DNA of 64,000 nt from the human T2T-CHM13v2.0 reference genome, Homo sapiens. The translations under genes were made by a program, and so were the position numbers. Location: assembly GCF_009914755.1 (NCBI RefSeq), contig NC_060941.1; one strand, given 5' to 3'. Below are positions 25,960 to 58,669 of this stretch, in pieces (within the stretch, counting starts at the first letter, position 1; each line of letters starts with the position of its first letter). Below the pieces are notes generated by a model. That model saw only the letters and a program-made list of their open reading frames with translations. It had not been told where the DNA came from and did not search any database.

Positions 25960-26345
25960 TTTTTATTTTAAGTTCAGGGGTACATGTGCAGGGTTGTTAT
26001 ATAGGTAAACTTCTTGTCACAGGGGTTTTGTGTACAAATTATTTTGTCACCAAGATAATAAGCATAGCACTCGAGAGGTAGTTTTTGGGTCCTCTCCCTC
26101 CTCCCACTGTTCACCCTCAAGAAGGCCCTGGTTTCTGTTCCCCTCTTTGTGTCCATGTGTTCTTGTTTTTTTAGCTCATACTTGTAGGTGAGATCAGAGG
26201 GTATTTGGTTTTCTCTTTCTGTGTTAGTTTGCTTAGGATAATGACCTCCAGCTCCATCCATGTTGCTGCAAAGGATGTGATCTCATTACTTTTTTATGGC
26301 TGCATAGTATTCCATGGTATATATGTACCGCATTTTCTTTATCTG
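25960..26345 (-). mobile_element. Older L1PA (PA13-16-like) 3' end within L1M remnants
   Basis: ttttaagttcaggggtacatgtgcagg...ataggtaaac...gttagtttgcttaggataatgacctccagctccatccatgttgctgcaaagg. Confidence 0.8.
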
Positions 26346-26349
26346 TTCA

Positions 26350-28730
<2,381 letters not shown>

Positions 28731-28801
28731 CCTCACTCGGCCACACATGGTGGCTCACGCCTGTAATCCCAGCACTTTGGGAGGCCGAGGCAGGCAGATC
28801 A

Positions 28802-29080
<279 letters not shown>

Positions 29081-29387
29081 TTAGATAAAAAGTCTTTCTC
29101 TTAGATTTTAAAAAATTTTGAAATACCTTTTGAAGGACAGTTGGGCTCTGTGTATCAAAAACCTAAAAATGCTCAATAACTGTACACTCAACAATTTTAG
29201 TTCTAGGACAATATATATCCTGAGGAACAGATGTGAAATGTACATACAAAAGACCGGGCACAATGGCTCACGACTGTAATCCCAGCACTCTGGGAGGCTG
29301 AGGCAGACGGATCACCTGAGGTCAGGAGTTCGAGACCAGCCTGGCCAACATGGTGAAACCCCGCCTCTACTGAAAATACAAAAATTA

Positions 29388-29495
<108 letters not shown>

Positions 29496-29668
29496 CTACA
29501 GCCTGGGCAACAGAGCAAGACTCCGTCTCAAAAAAAAAAAATTAGCTGGGCATGGTGGCATGCACCTGTAGTCCCAGATACTAGGGAGGCTGAGGTGGGA
29601 GGATCACTGAGTCTGGGAGGGAGAGTTTGCAATCAGCCAAGTTTACTATTTGGAAATAAAATACATAA

Positions 29669-30595
<927 letters not shown>

Positions 30596-31179
30596 TGAGT
30601 ACAATTAGGTTATATAATATAATTAATACAATGGAATGTTATTTATCCATTAGAAAGAACAAGGAAGGTCAATGTGTATTGTCATGAAAACATGTCTGCA
30701 ATTTGTTGTCAAGTGAAAAAACATGTATGATATTCCACTTTTTCTTTTTCTTTTTTTTTTTTGAGACGGAGTTTCGCTGTTGTCACCCAGGCTGGAGTGC
30801 AGTGGCGTGATCTCGGCTCACTGCAACCTCTCCCTCCTGCGTTCAAGTGATTCTCCTGCCTCAGCTCCTGAGTAGCTGGGATTAGGCGCCCACCACCACA
30901 TCCAGCTAATTTTTTATTTTTAGTAGAGGTGGGGTTTCACCATGTTGGCCAGTCTGGTCTTAAACCCCTAACCTCTAGTGAGCCACCCGGCTCAGCCTCC
31001 CAAAGTGCTGGGATTACAGGCATGAGCCACCGTGCCCAGCCAATTTTTTTGTAGTTTTAGTAGAGACAGGGTTTCACTGTGTTGCCCAGGCTGGTCTCAA
31101 ACTCCTAAGAGCAGGCAATCTGCCTGCCTCAGCCTCCCAAAGTGCTGGGATTACAGGCGTGAGCCACCATGCCCAGCTG

Positions 31180-31230
<51 letters not shown>
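31180..31230 (+). repeat. (ATT)17 STR in an Alu tail
   Basis: 17 perfect ATT units. Confidence 0.95.
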
Positions 31231-31650
31231 TGAGGCAGGGTCTAGCTCTGTCGCCCAGGCTGGAGTGCAGTGGCACAATCTTGGCTCACGGCAACCTTTG
31301 CCTTCCGGGTTCAAGTGATTCTGTGCCTCAACTTCCCAAGTAGCTGGGATTATAGGCTGCGCCCCCATCCCTGGCTGTTTGTATTTTTAGTAGAGACAGG
31401 GTTTCGCCAGGTTGGCAAGGCTGGTCTCAAACTTCTGGCCTCAGGTAATGCACCCACCTTGGCCTCCCAAAGTGCTGGAATTACAGGGTAAGCTAATGTG
31501 GCCGGCCTACAGTGATTATTTATATGCTTGCTACCTAGATTCAGCAATTGTTAACATTTTGTCAGATTTTCTTTATATTGTATGTGCAGGTATGTGTCCA
31601 TTTTATGCTCCTGGAAAAATAAGTTTGGGATATTATGAAACTTCCAGTTA

Positions 31651-31788
<138 letters not shown>

Positions 31789-32215
31789 TTAACCAGGTGT
31801 GGTGGCATGTGCCTGTAGTCCTAACTACTTGGGAGGCTGAGGCAGGAGGATTGCTTAAGCCCAGGAGTTTCAGGTTACAGTGAGCTATTGTCAAGCCACT
31901 GCACTCCAGCCTGGGTGGCAGAGCAAGACCCTGTCTCTAAAAATATATAAATAAATCAACAAACAAACATATGCTTGTAAATTTCTCTGCAGGGTTCATA
32001 TCTACGTAAATGCTGTGTGAAAAGGAACAATGCTGCCCTGAAGTTAAAAGGATCATAATTTTTGCTTTTTTTTATTTGTAATGAGCTCATCTTGTCTCCA
32101 TGAACTTTTCAGCTTAGCTCACTACTTGTGTGGTCATTTGGGGATTTTCACCTTTTTGCACTTAAGATAACCGTAAGGTGGTCTGAAATGTGCATTTGTT
32201 TTCTGTTTGTTCTAG

Positions 32216-32322
32216 ATGATCCCTCTGATAAGCCACCTTGCCGAGGCTGCTCCTCCTACCTCATGGAGCCTTATATCAAGTGTGCTGAATGTGGGCCACC
32301 TCCTTTTTTCCTCTGCTTGCAG
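32216..32322 (+). CDS. TADA2A: TADA2A exon 3, ZZ-type zinc finger (DPSDKPPCRGC...FLCLQ)
   Basis: tctag| acceptor, CAG|GTAACT donor, 107 nt, CxxC...CxxC; frame-consistent. Confidence 0.97.
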
Positions 32323-33248
32323 GTAACTCACTAATGCTGGCTTCTCCTAGCCTAGTTTTATGCTATTTTTTATGATGTAATATTTCGGAGATTACTGTCA
32401 ACTGCTAAGGAGATCTATATCTTATTAAATCTATTCCTTCCAATTTTTCTTTTTCTTTCTTTTTTTTTTTTTTGAGATGGAGTCTCACTCAGTCGCCCAG
32501 GCTGGAGTACAGTGGTGTCATCTCTGCTAACTGCAATCTCCACCTCTTAGGTTCAAGCGATTCTCCTGCCTCAGCCTCCTGAGTAGCTGAGATTACAGGC
32601 ACACACCATTATGCCCAGCTGATTTTTGTATTTTTAGTAGAGACGGGGTTTCACCATGTTGGTCAGGGTGGTTTTGAATTCCTAACCTCATGATCCATCT
32701 GCCTCAGCCTCCCAAAGTTCTGGGATTACAGGCGTGAGCCACCGCACCCGGCCCCAATTTTTCATTATACGTTTTACCAGTGAAAAGTTGAGAAACAGAG
32801 CAGTTAGATGAGACAGACTGTTGATTAGTCCACATCTGTGTTTAAACCTAATACTTGGCCGGGCACAGTGGCTCATGCCTGTAGTCCTAGCACTTTTGGA
32901 GGCTGAGGCAGGTGGATCCCCTGAGGTCAAGAGTTCAAGACCAGCCCGGTCAACATGGTTCAACATGGTGAAATCCCATCTCCACAAAAATAAAAAAAAA
33001 TTATCTGGGCATGATGGCGGGTGCCTGTAATCCCAGCTACTTGGGAGGCTGAGGCAGGAGAATCTTTTTTTTTTTTTTGAGACGAAGTCTCGCTGTGTCA
33101 CCAGGCTGGAGTGTAGTGGCACAATCTTGGCTCCCTGCAACCTCTGCCTCCCGGGTTCAAGTGATTCTCTTGCCTCGCAGATTGCACTCCAGCCTGGGCG
33201 ACAGAGCAAGACTCTGTATCAAAAAACAAACAAAACCCTAATAGTTAA

Positions 33249-33445
<197 letters not shown>

Positions 33446-34225
33446 TAGACAGGGTTTCTCCACGTTGGTCAGGCTGGTCTTGAACTCCAGACCTCAGGTG
33501 ATCTGCCTGCCTCGGTCTCCCAAAGTGCTGGGATTACAGGGCGTGAGCCACCGTGCCCAGCTATTTTTTCTTTTTTTTCTTTTCCACGACAGAGTCTTGC
33601 TCTATCACCCAGGCTGGAGTGCAGTGGCGTGATCTCGGTTCACTGCAAGCTGTGCCTCTCGGGTTCAAGGGATTCTCCTGCTTCAAGGGATTCTCCTACT
33701 TCAACCTCCCGAGTAGCTGTGGTTACAGGTGCATGCCACCATTCCCAGCTAATTTTTTATATTTTTGGTAGAGATGGGGTTTTCTCATGTTGGCCATGCT
33801 GGTCTCAAACTCCTGACCTCAAGTGATCCTCCTGCCTCAGCCCCCAAAGTGCTGGGATTACAGGCGTGAGCTACCACGCCCGGCCATAACACTGTTTTTT
33901 TAAGTTAATTTAAAGTATTGAAATTACAGGAAACATAACTGGAAGATTATTCCTTTTGATGACACTGTTTATTGTCTTGTTGAAGACTGATCTCTGTACA
34001 GATGACAAGGGAAGAAACAATTTTTGTGGGTGATAATGGTAATAATAATACTAATTATAAGTACTTGCTCTGTCCCAGGCACCACTTTGAGTACTTTACA
34101 TGAATTAACCCTTAAATCATCACTGTAATCCTATGAAGTACCTATGATTAGTATCCCCATTTTATAGATGAAGAAATTTAGGCTAAGAGAGGTTAAGTAA
34201 CTTGTTCAGGGTCACACAGCAAATA

Positions 34226-34897
<672 letters not shown>

Positions 34898-35655
34898 TTC
34901 AGAGCCAGGATTCAAATTTAGGCTATATGATTGTGATTCCAGGGCATATGCTCTCCTCAAAGAGTTGTCTTAGAAAAAAGTATTTTTTTCAGACTTGTTT
35001 TTTCTCCATGAGGGCCACTGAAAAGCTGTGATCATGATTCCACCATTCTATTGCAGCTGCAGACAAGATTAAATGAATCCTTAAAAAATTGTTGTCCGGG
35101 CTCGGTGGCTCACGCCTGTAATCCCAGCACTTTGGGAGGCCAAGAAAGGTGAATCACAAGATCAGGAGTTCGAGGCCAGCCTGGCCAAGGTGGTGAAATC
35201 CCGTCTCTGCTAAAAATACGAAAATTAGCTGAGTGTTGTGCCGGCTGCCTGTAATCCCAGCTACTCGAGAGGCTGAAGCAGGAGAATCAACTTGAACCTG
35301 GGAGGCAGAGGTTGCAGTGAGCTGAGATGGCGCCACTCTAGCCTGGGTGAAAGAGCAAGACTCCGTCTCAAAAAAAAAAAAAAAAAAAAAAAAAACTTGT
35401 CAAGAAGTGGTGTGGTGGCCCACACCTGTAATCTTAGCACTTTGGGAGACTGAGGTACAAGGATCCCTTGAGCCTAGGAGTTCAAGGCTGCAGTGAGCTA
35501 TGATGGTGCCACTGCACTTCGGCCTGGGTGACAGAACGAGACCCTGTCTCCAAAAATAAAATTTTAAAAACCCAAACTTGTCAGAAGAATAACACAAACC
35601 TCCTCTGTCCTTTAAGAAAGTAGCTTTTGCTAATTTAATTTTTCTTTCTTTGCAG

Positions 35656-35715
35656 TGTTTCACTCGAGGCTTTGAGTACAAGAAACATCAAAGCGATCAT
35701 ACTTATGAAATAATG
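35656..35715 (+). CDS. TADA2A: TADA2A exon 4 (CFTRGFEYKKHQSDHTYEIM)
   Basis: ttgcag| acceptor, ATG|GTAATG donor, 60 nt; completes the ZZ finger (C, HxxxH). Confidence 0.97.
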
Positions 35716-36476
35716 GTAATGATGAAGTTGCTGGGAATTTCTGTTCACTTTTTTTAAGAATTAGACTGGGAAGTAGTTTTTCTTTTCCATTTTTCTTTAA
35801 GCTCTCTTGGACTTCAGGGAATTAGTTTTCTTAATCTCTGAGTATCTTTACCTTTTCTCCCCTTCGGAAATAGGTAATTGTTATCCAATAAGTTTTTTAG
35901 GGTTTTGTGGATCTATCAAGGTATTTAAGCACAAAAATAGTTTTATATACTCAGATTTTTGTTTGAAATTTGGAAATTATTCAAAGGAAATACTTTTGAT
36001 ACGAGGATAACAGGTATGCTGCTTTTTAAACTCATTGATAAACATAGCCAATGTGTTGTCACTGTGTGCTCATGGTATTTTTATGTGGTTCATGTGGACA
36101 GTGGTGTTTTTGTTGAGCAGTTCATTCCCTTGCCTTGGGGAAATTAGTTACCTTCTGAGAGTCAGGTTATAAAGTGAACACAGCAAATGAATTAATACAT
36201 AAAATCACTGAAGAGGCAGACTGGTTTATAAGCTTGAATAAAACTTGGCTATAGCTTAATTGTAATGCCACATTTAAAGAAGGAATAAGAGTGTTCGTAG
36301 TGTCCTTCCAAGCCCTGGCCATGGGAGTGGGTGGTTTAATAAGCCAAAGTGAATATCCAGTCTGCTTGACGGGTATATATACCTTTGTCAAGATAGTTTT
36401 GTTGGCCAGGCACAGTAACTCACGCCTGTAATCCTAGCACTTCCAGAGGCCAGGTTGGGCAGATCACTTGAGGTCA

Positions 36477-36725
<249 letters not shown>

Positions 36726-36844
36726 TTAAGCATATAACTAAATCTCCTACTTCAAGCAGTTTTCTGACATTTGGCCCCCATGCAGTTGTTCTTACAGGAA
36801 AGGATCCTGGCAGGCTTGACAGTTAAAATTTCACATAGTAGATT

Positions 36845-38320
<1,476 letters not shown>

Positions 38321-39290
38321 CACTGCAGTATATTTACTTCAGTCTCTTAAAAGTTTAGAAAGGGTGAATCAGCATCTCTGAGCCTGACTATTGGTGGAGT
38401 CCTATTAAAATGAGTTTCTGGGCTTATAATATTCAGGGTCAGATTCTAGGCCACAATGAATTAATCAAAGAACCAGTTAGAGTTCTTGGGAGCCAACTAA
38501 CTAGCCTTCCTCTATCCATCTCTAAACAATTTCAGTCTTTTAATGGCTTCAGTAATTGTAAGACTTGGAATAAATTTTTTCCCCCTTTAAATGCAAAAAT
38601 GAAGGGTTAGGAGACTGTTCAAAGTAGCTGTGGATTTGAGTTAATTTCACCAAGGTTATCAGGTCTTCAGAAAGCTGGTTTATTTTTCCCAAATTAATGC
38701 GAGAATACCTAGAGCCAGAATACAAATTTATTCATTCACATTGTGAAATAACTCCTTAAGGGATAATTCAGTATAGCTTGGGTAGGTTGGTAGTCATGCT
38801 TATTCACTGTAGGAAAGCTGACCATGAGCTTTCTTTAGCTATTCTGGCATCATGTCTTCTTCATAATGCTGAAAGCACTGACTAAGTTTCACTCCACATC
38901 ACTTCATTCTGATTACATCATCCTTTTCTCACGTATTCAACACCCATACAATCACATTTCAGAGTACTGTCCTTTACTTTGGGGAGCTTTTGGGGGTTAC
39001 TAATACTTCCTTTTTGTGGCCCATCTTATTTATTCCCAGTGAATCTTTCCTTCTATAGGCATGATGACCAAATTTTAGCTTTCTACACAAAACTTGATTT
39101 TTTTGCCTCAGATAACTTTAAATGGTTTTCAGTACTTTTGTCATGTCACAGAGCTGTATTTTTGGGAGTTACTCATGCTGTGGTAGGTGGTGTGTTAACC
39201 AGGATTTCTGAATTCTATGCCTATTTTTGTCTTGTAATTCTTAGAACTTTGAACAAGTCAAGGCAGCTCTTTCTGCCACACCCTTTTATA

Positions 39291-39420
39291 CCAGTGATTC
39301 TTAAACTTCAGTACATAAGAACTGCCTGGAAGCTTCTTATAAATGTAGATTTCTAGACTCTTCTGTGAGAGATTGTGGTTCAGAAGTGCTGAGGTTTGGT
39401 CCAGGAGTTGAATAATATTA
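39291..39420. mobile_element. MER5A fragment
   Basis: cagtgattcttaaactt...tagatttctagactc...gagattgtggttcagaagt. Confidence 0.6.
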
Positions 39421-39839
39421 ATTCAACTTTTTGTAAAACTGCCTTGTGCCTTCTTTGGTGTGTCTGTGATGTAGAAAGTTTTTATTGTTTATCTCACAGT
39501 AAAGTTGGTTGAGAAACAATTAATATTCTAAAATACAGTTTTACAAATGACAGTCTCTTCAACTAATGTGTGTGTTGTCATATTTACATGTCTTTTGGTA
39601 CTTGCTGAATTGAGAGTGATTATGAATTTAGTATAGATATAGACTCTGAAATTTCTCTGTTGGATTTCATAATACCTCATGTGCTAGATATATTCGTAGT
39701 ACGTGCTCAGATGAAAATGTGTTGCTTATTGGTAGTGTAATCTCACAAATCATGACTTTTTTTTTGTCATTAACAAAAGGTATAACAAGTTCTAAGTGCC
39801 TGTGTAATCTGAAGACCTCCTGTGTGGTCTTCAGATTAT

Positions 39840-45600
<5,761 letters not shown>

Positions 45601-45749
45601 GTTAAGTTTAAAAATATATGTATATCTGCATGAATTGCTTGGCATTTATAGGTGATATGGAGGCCCTTCTAGCTAATGGTGGAAACGGGTGGGAGAGGTG
45701 GACAACTAATAAGAATGTACCCTGGGTATCTCTCATCATTCGGCTGTAA

Positions 45750-46385
<636 letters not shown>

Positions 46386-46436
46386 CCTAGATTCCATTTG
46401 TATCTCTGTTCTTAAGCAAAACTTTTTTCTCCTTAG

Positions 46437-46528
46437 ACTTCAGATTTTCCTGTCCTTGATCCCAGCTGGACTGCTCAAGAAGAAATGGCCCTTTTAGAAG
46501 CTGTGATGGACTGTGGCTTTGGAAATTG
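46437..46528 (+). CDS. TADA2A: TADA2A exon 5, SANT domain start ([31 protein letters not shown])
   Basis: ccttag| acceptor, TG|GTAAGA donor, 92 nt; Myb/SANT WT.EE..LL.AV..G.GNW motif. Confidence 0.97.
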
Positions 46529-47809
46529 GTAAGAGCTTGGTGTTAAGAGTTGTCCTGCCCTAGTGGACTCAGAGAAGAAGCTGTTGTTGAAGAGTAAAGG
46601 AAGGAACCTCAGGAAGAGAAAGTATGTGTTGCTTTCCTATCAACCCATGATTTAGAGGCAAGTTAGTCCCCTCTGTACATTATTTTTCCAGTGTCGAAAT
46701 GTGTCACGAGGATATGGGATGTTTAGCGGTCCATGACTGAGCAGCTTTAAAAGGCCACTTTGGATGTATCAACAGTGGGAAGATTGATTATTATTCCTTT
46801 CTGAATAGTAGGGAAGTTTAGTTTCGTTAGTTATTACTCCCTTCTGATTTTATGAATTTTTGTTAGTTGTAGATGCCCTAGTCATTTAAGTGAATCAGAC
46901 TTTAGCTAGATGGTCATACGTAAGATTCAAGTTTCACAGACTTCCTGATAGCATTCTCTGTTTTTAGCTTTCAAACACCTACCTGCCTTAGTCCAAAACC
47001 GGCGGAATTGAATAGCACTTATTGCTGTTGACCTAGGGGGCAGCACCACTTAATACTACCACTTTCGTTTTTATCTTTTGGGAACACTTTCATATGGATG
47101 CTTTTATTTTATGAACTAGATAGCAGAGGCATTATTGAATATATTTTGTTCACAAATTATCTGAAGCCTAGGGGGTTGAAATGATTTCTTGTGATTACAT
47201 AGCTTATTACTGAAGGACTCTTAATTAGGTCCTCCCTGTCCTGACTTACTAGTGTATATAACCTTTCTTGGTGTTCATCAGAATAAACTCTGCTGCCTGC
47301 CTCCCTTATGTCCAGGGACCTGAAGAAGGAGACCTGAATTTAGTTCACATTTTGCTTGTATTCATTCATTCAGTATTTATTAAGCATCATAAAATACTGT
47401 GTACAATGAGAAATACCAAAGGAGGTAGAAAAGTAATCACTTGTGAGGAGTTTGCTAGTCATCTTTGGCCTAGTTTTTCATTTTTTGCTTACCATTCTCT
47501 CTAAAATAGTCTAAACCTCTCTGTCCTCCTTCCCTCTTAACAAAGAACATAAAAAAGACATAGCTTCTCTATCCGCTGTGGGTAAGGCACTAAGTTTGGC
47601 AGTGAGTGGGCTAGAGCTAAGAATTATGAGATGCATCCTGTCTTCAGAAAGCTTATAGTTTAGCAGGGGACTTAAAAATACAAGTGATTGAAGTACACAA
47701 AACAGCACAGTGATGCCTTAGGGGAGGTCAAGTGAAATGCTGTGAAAAAGAGACCTTGAGGAAAGGACTTCCACCTGTACCTCTCCATTACCTTGGCTCA
47801 AGTCAGGGA

Positions 47810-48931
<1,122 letters not shown>

Positions 48932-49195
48932 TCAGTCATCTTTCTTTAAGTGGAAAAGAAAGGACTTTTTAGTCATTATTTCTGTGTTTTAGACTAGCAA
49001 GATATGGAACACCAGATTACACCAATCTAGGCTTATATTTATGTCATTTTTCTGCTGATATCTTTTTGATATCAATTTGGAAATATGAGAGTATATTATA
49101 TGGATGTGACTTAAAATATGAAAAGAGCAAATGATGCTTTTAGTATTATGTGTAAATACAAGTACCACTTCTCTCTTTTTCCCACAATCCTCTAG

Positions 49196-49353
49196 GCAGG
49201 ATGTAGCCAATCAAATGTGCACCAAGACCAAGGAGGAGTGTGAGAAGCACTATATGAAGCATTTCATCAATAACCCTCTGTTTGCATCTACCCTGCTGAA
49301 CCTGAAACAAGCAGAGGAAGCAAAAACTGCTGACACAGCCATTCCATTTCACT
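49196..49353 (+). CDS. TADA2A: TADA2A exon 6 (QDVANQMCTK...AIPFH-S)
   Basis: tctag| acceptor, T|GTAAGT donor, 158 nt; second half of the SANT domain. Confidence 0.97.
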
Positions 49354-49457
49354 GTAAGTGCCTCCCTATCTTGATAAGATATACTTAGCTCATCCTTGGG
49401 CCCTGTTTCAGTAGCAGATAAAGAGTGATTTGATGACTTGGACAGCTAATGATATCA

Positions 49458-49803
<346 letters not shown>

Positions 49804-50352
49804 AGAGTCAGGATTATAATGTGGCAAAGAAGGAACATACTCTAAGGGTCAGAGTTCTATACAGGACATCAAGGTGCTTGAAGCCAATGTGTAGTTCCAC
49901 CTACCTTGAGTCCTTTGAACATATCAGTTAACTTAGTGCTTTCCTTTGTAAAATAAGATGTCAAAAAGGGAAAACCTTTTCTATGCTATTATGAGTGCAA
50001 GTTTTTTTTCAATCCCTTTGGAGAGCTTATGATTATACATATGAGTTGCTTAGAGAATACAGTATTTGACTCATTATTATTAATTGCCTTGGTGTCAAGC
50101 CCAAGAATCAGTTTGTTATTTTTGTTCGCTTGGTTGTGTCAGTGATGGCGAACTTTTTAATCTCATGTGCGTGTGGGACCAGTGGGTCTCTTAATAAAAT
50201 ATAACCAAAAACATGATGAATTATAAATGACCATCTTTCCTGAATGACTCTCAGGGTACAAGTAATGAGATATGAATGTTTTCACTTCCCTTTTCTCTTT
50301 CCTCATACTCTCTAGAAACAGTTTTATAGCTGACTAACTTAAAGGCTGGTAA

Positions 50353-50484
<132 letters not shown>

Positions 50485-51253
50485 TAGCTGGTACCACAGG
50501 TGCATGCCACCACACCTGGCTAATTTTTTGTATTTTTAGTAGAGAAAAGGTTTTGCTGTGTTGGCGAGGCTGGTCTCGAACTCCTGACCTTATGATCTGC
50601 CCGCCTCGGCCTCCCAAAGTGTTGGGATTACAGGTGTGAGCCACCGTGCCTGGTTGATACCTCCTATTTGGATAGCACTTTGGTGTTAGCACTTTGTTCT
50701 CAAATCCATTAGACCATTTGTTTCCTAACAGCAACCCAGTGAGATAGGCAGAGCAAGTGCTTTTGTTTTACATTCGAGAAGACCGATGCAGACAGGTTAG
50801 TTTGTGCAGGGTCATGGGACTAGTGTGTGTTGGAGCTAGGACTTAATTTCAGCTAACTTCCAATTCCAGTGTTTGTTTTTTTCCCGTCTTTTTTTTTTTT
50901 TTTTTTTTTTGCCTCTCAGTTGGATGAGTTTTGTAAATTGAAGTTCATCCTAAGGGATAAGGGAGCCGAAGCCAACGGTAAATATTTAGGTTCTGTAATA
51001 TTAAAGGAAAAAAGTCATGATTTCCTTTCATTTTAGGAAAGCAGAAATCAGAAGAAATTTCCCCATATTTACTTAAAGGATTGCCTGAGTCTTGGTTTTT
51101 CTTTTTAAAAAACCTGTTTTCATAATACTTTATCTTTTTCACATTTCCTTTTATAAAAACCATTTTAAATTTTATTTATTCTTGGACTATTATGTCATTT
51201 TTTTCATGCCAATATTGTATTAGTTAACTCAGAAACCTTCTAAATTCTTCCAG

Positions 51254-51342
51254 CTACAGATGACCCTCCCCGACCTACCTTTGACTCCTTGCTTTCTCGG
51301 GACATGGCCGGGTACATGCCAGCTCGAGCAGATTTCATTGAG
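51254..51342 (+). CDS. TADA2A: TADA2A exon 7 (TDDPPRPTFDSLLSRDMAGYMPARADFIE)
   Basis: ttccag| acceptor, GAG|GTAGGA donor, 89 nt; Ada2 GYMP.R.DF motif. Confidence 0.97.
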
Positions 51343-51794
51343 GTAGGATAAATGTGTTTTTAGCACAAAGTAGGAAAAATTCATTTTTGTTTCTCATGAG
51401 CCTTCTGTCTCACCCATAGATTCCATACCACTAAAAGGAGATTTTTCAAGGCACTATAATTTGTAGGACCTTTAGGCAGCCACATTTTCTTAGGTTTGAG
51501 TGCCTTTTCTCATTTGTAAACATTTTCACATATGGAACAGTAAAAATTCTTTAAACAAACAACCTATTTCTGGCCAGGCTCAGTGGCTTACACCTGTAAT
51601 CCCAGCACTTTGGGAGCTGAGAATGGAGGATCGCTTGAGTCCAGGTGTTCGAGACTAGCCTGGGCAACGTAGTGAGACCCTGTCTCTACAAAAAATAAAA
51701 AATTAGCTGGGTGTGGTGGTGCATGCCTGTAGTCCCAACTACTTGGCAGGCTGATATGGGAGGATCACTTGAGCCTGGGAGGTTAAGGCTGTAG

Positions 51795-52268
<474 letters not shown>

Positions 52269-52294
52269 TAGGGGCTTTCAAGATTGTACTGTAT

Positions 52295-52502
52295 CAGGGG
52301 TTGACAAACTTATTCTATTAAAGGCCAGATAGTAAATATTTTAGGTTTAGTATGCTATAAAGTTTCTATTGTAACTATACTTTGTCATTATTGTGCTAAA
52401 GCAGCATGGGATAATATAAGAATAAATGAATACGCCTGTGTTCCAGTAAAACTTTATGTACAAAAACAGACAGTAGGCTGAATAGTAGTTTACTGATTCC
52501 TG
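52295..52502 (+). mobile_element. MER58A (hAT-Charlie MITE)
   Basis: caggggttgacaaact...aaggccagatagtaaatattttagg...cctg; 8-bp TSD tactgtat/tactatat. Confidence 0.85.
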
Positions 52503-52626
52503 TACTATATCCACAAGTATATAAAGAATGATGAATGTGTATAAAAACTATATGTTCCTTGCTCAGCTATGGAATTAAAAGACATGTGAATGTAGCCACA
52601 AGTCTCTTGATTTATCATCTAATTCA

Positions 52627-52980
<354 letters not shown>

Positions 52981-53387
52981 TTATTTATTTATTTCAGAGA
53001 CAGGCTCTTGCTCTGTTTCCCAGGCAGTCTTGAACTCCTGGTCTCAAGTGATTTTTCCACCTAAATCTCCTGAGTAGCTGGGATTATAGGTGCATGCTAC
53101 TGTGCCCAGCTCAGACTAATTTTAGTTTTTAGAGCAGTATGTTTAGCTTCATTCCTAAACTCATAACTATTCCAATTTTTTGTTGTCACTACTGCTTGTA
53201 AGCCTCTTAGATTTTTCCCATGACTTCCTATTACCTGTGCCAGTATTGTGGCCTTTTGCCATATTTAGACTTTTTAAACAACTGTTTGCTTGTGTTTTTT
53301 CTGTTTACTTCTAAAGCATGGCTGCTGTAAAGACACTAATCAAAGCCGATGGGTTTGGGGTGGGGATTTTTTTGTTCCCCTAAACAG

Positions 53388-53460
53388 GAATTTGACAATT
53401 ATGCAGAATGGGACTTGAGAGACATTGATTTTGTTGAAGATGACTCGGACATTTTACATG
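53388..53460 (+). CDS. TADA2A: TADA2A exon 8 (EFDNYAEWDLRDIDFVEDDSDILH-)
   Basis: aacag| acceptor, G|GTAACA donor, 73 nt; Ada2 E.DN.AE motif; cumulative CDS 604 nt; next exon not seen in the window. Confidence 0.96.
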
Positions 53461-53898
53461 GTAACAGTTTATTTTGTCAAATGTTTATCGAGCGCCAACT
53501 GTGTGATGACACTGTCTTGGGTGCTAGGAATTGAAGGATGAATAGAACATGTCCCCTGCCCTTATAGAATTCAGAAATCTAGTGGTTAAGTTGCTGAACT
53601 TACTGTGTTGTTGGATTTTGACCACAGTGAATAAGACTTGTGATGAGGGTAAAAATATTGATTATATAATAGTAGTAGGAAATATCTGTTGGACTGTGTG
53701 ATTTTACTTTTATCTGAGGTAAATCTACACTAAGGTAATTGGTTAAATGGCCCTCACTTGCATTCTTAGAAGGAAGGGAATCAGTTTGAATTCTTGGGAC
53801 TTCACTAGCAACTGCTATCACTAAATGTTCACTATATTTTGTTACCCGGAATTTCCCCTAGCAAGGAAAAAGAATGGAAATTCCTCAAGAGTTTTTAG

Positions 53899-58525
<4,627 letters not shown>

Positions 58526-58669
58526 AACCTTGAATGTTTGTTGCTGTTTCATTTTTGTGAGGTTTCACATTTGTTATCTTCTATAGCTTCAACACATTCC
58601 TGAGGAATAGATATTTTCCTGTTTTACATTCAGGGAAGCAGACAAAGAAGTTAAGTAATTTGCCTAATC

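Noticed and set aside
31032-31368. Poly-Tyr and poly-Asn ORFs
   Set aside because: Read-through of the (ATT)17 Alu tail
45640-45730. Possible cryptic TADA2A exon (ttatag|GTGATATGG...CTGG|gtatct)
   Set aside because: Poor pyrimidine tract, weak donor and no other support
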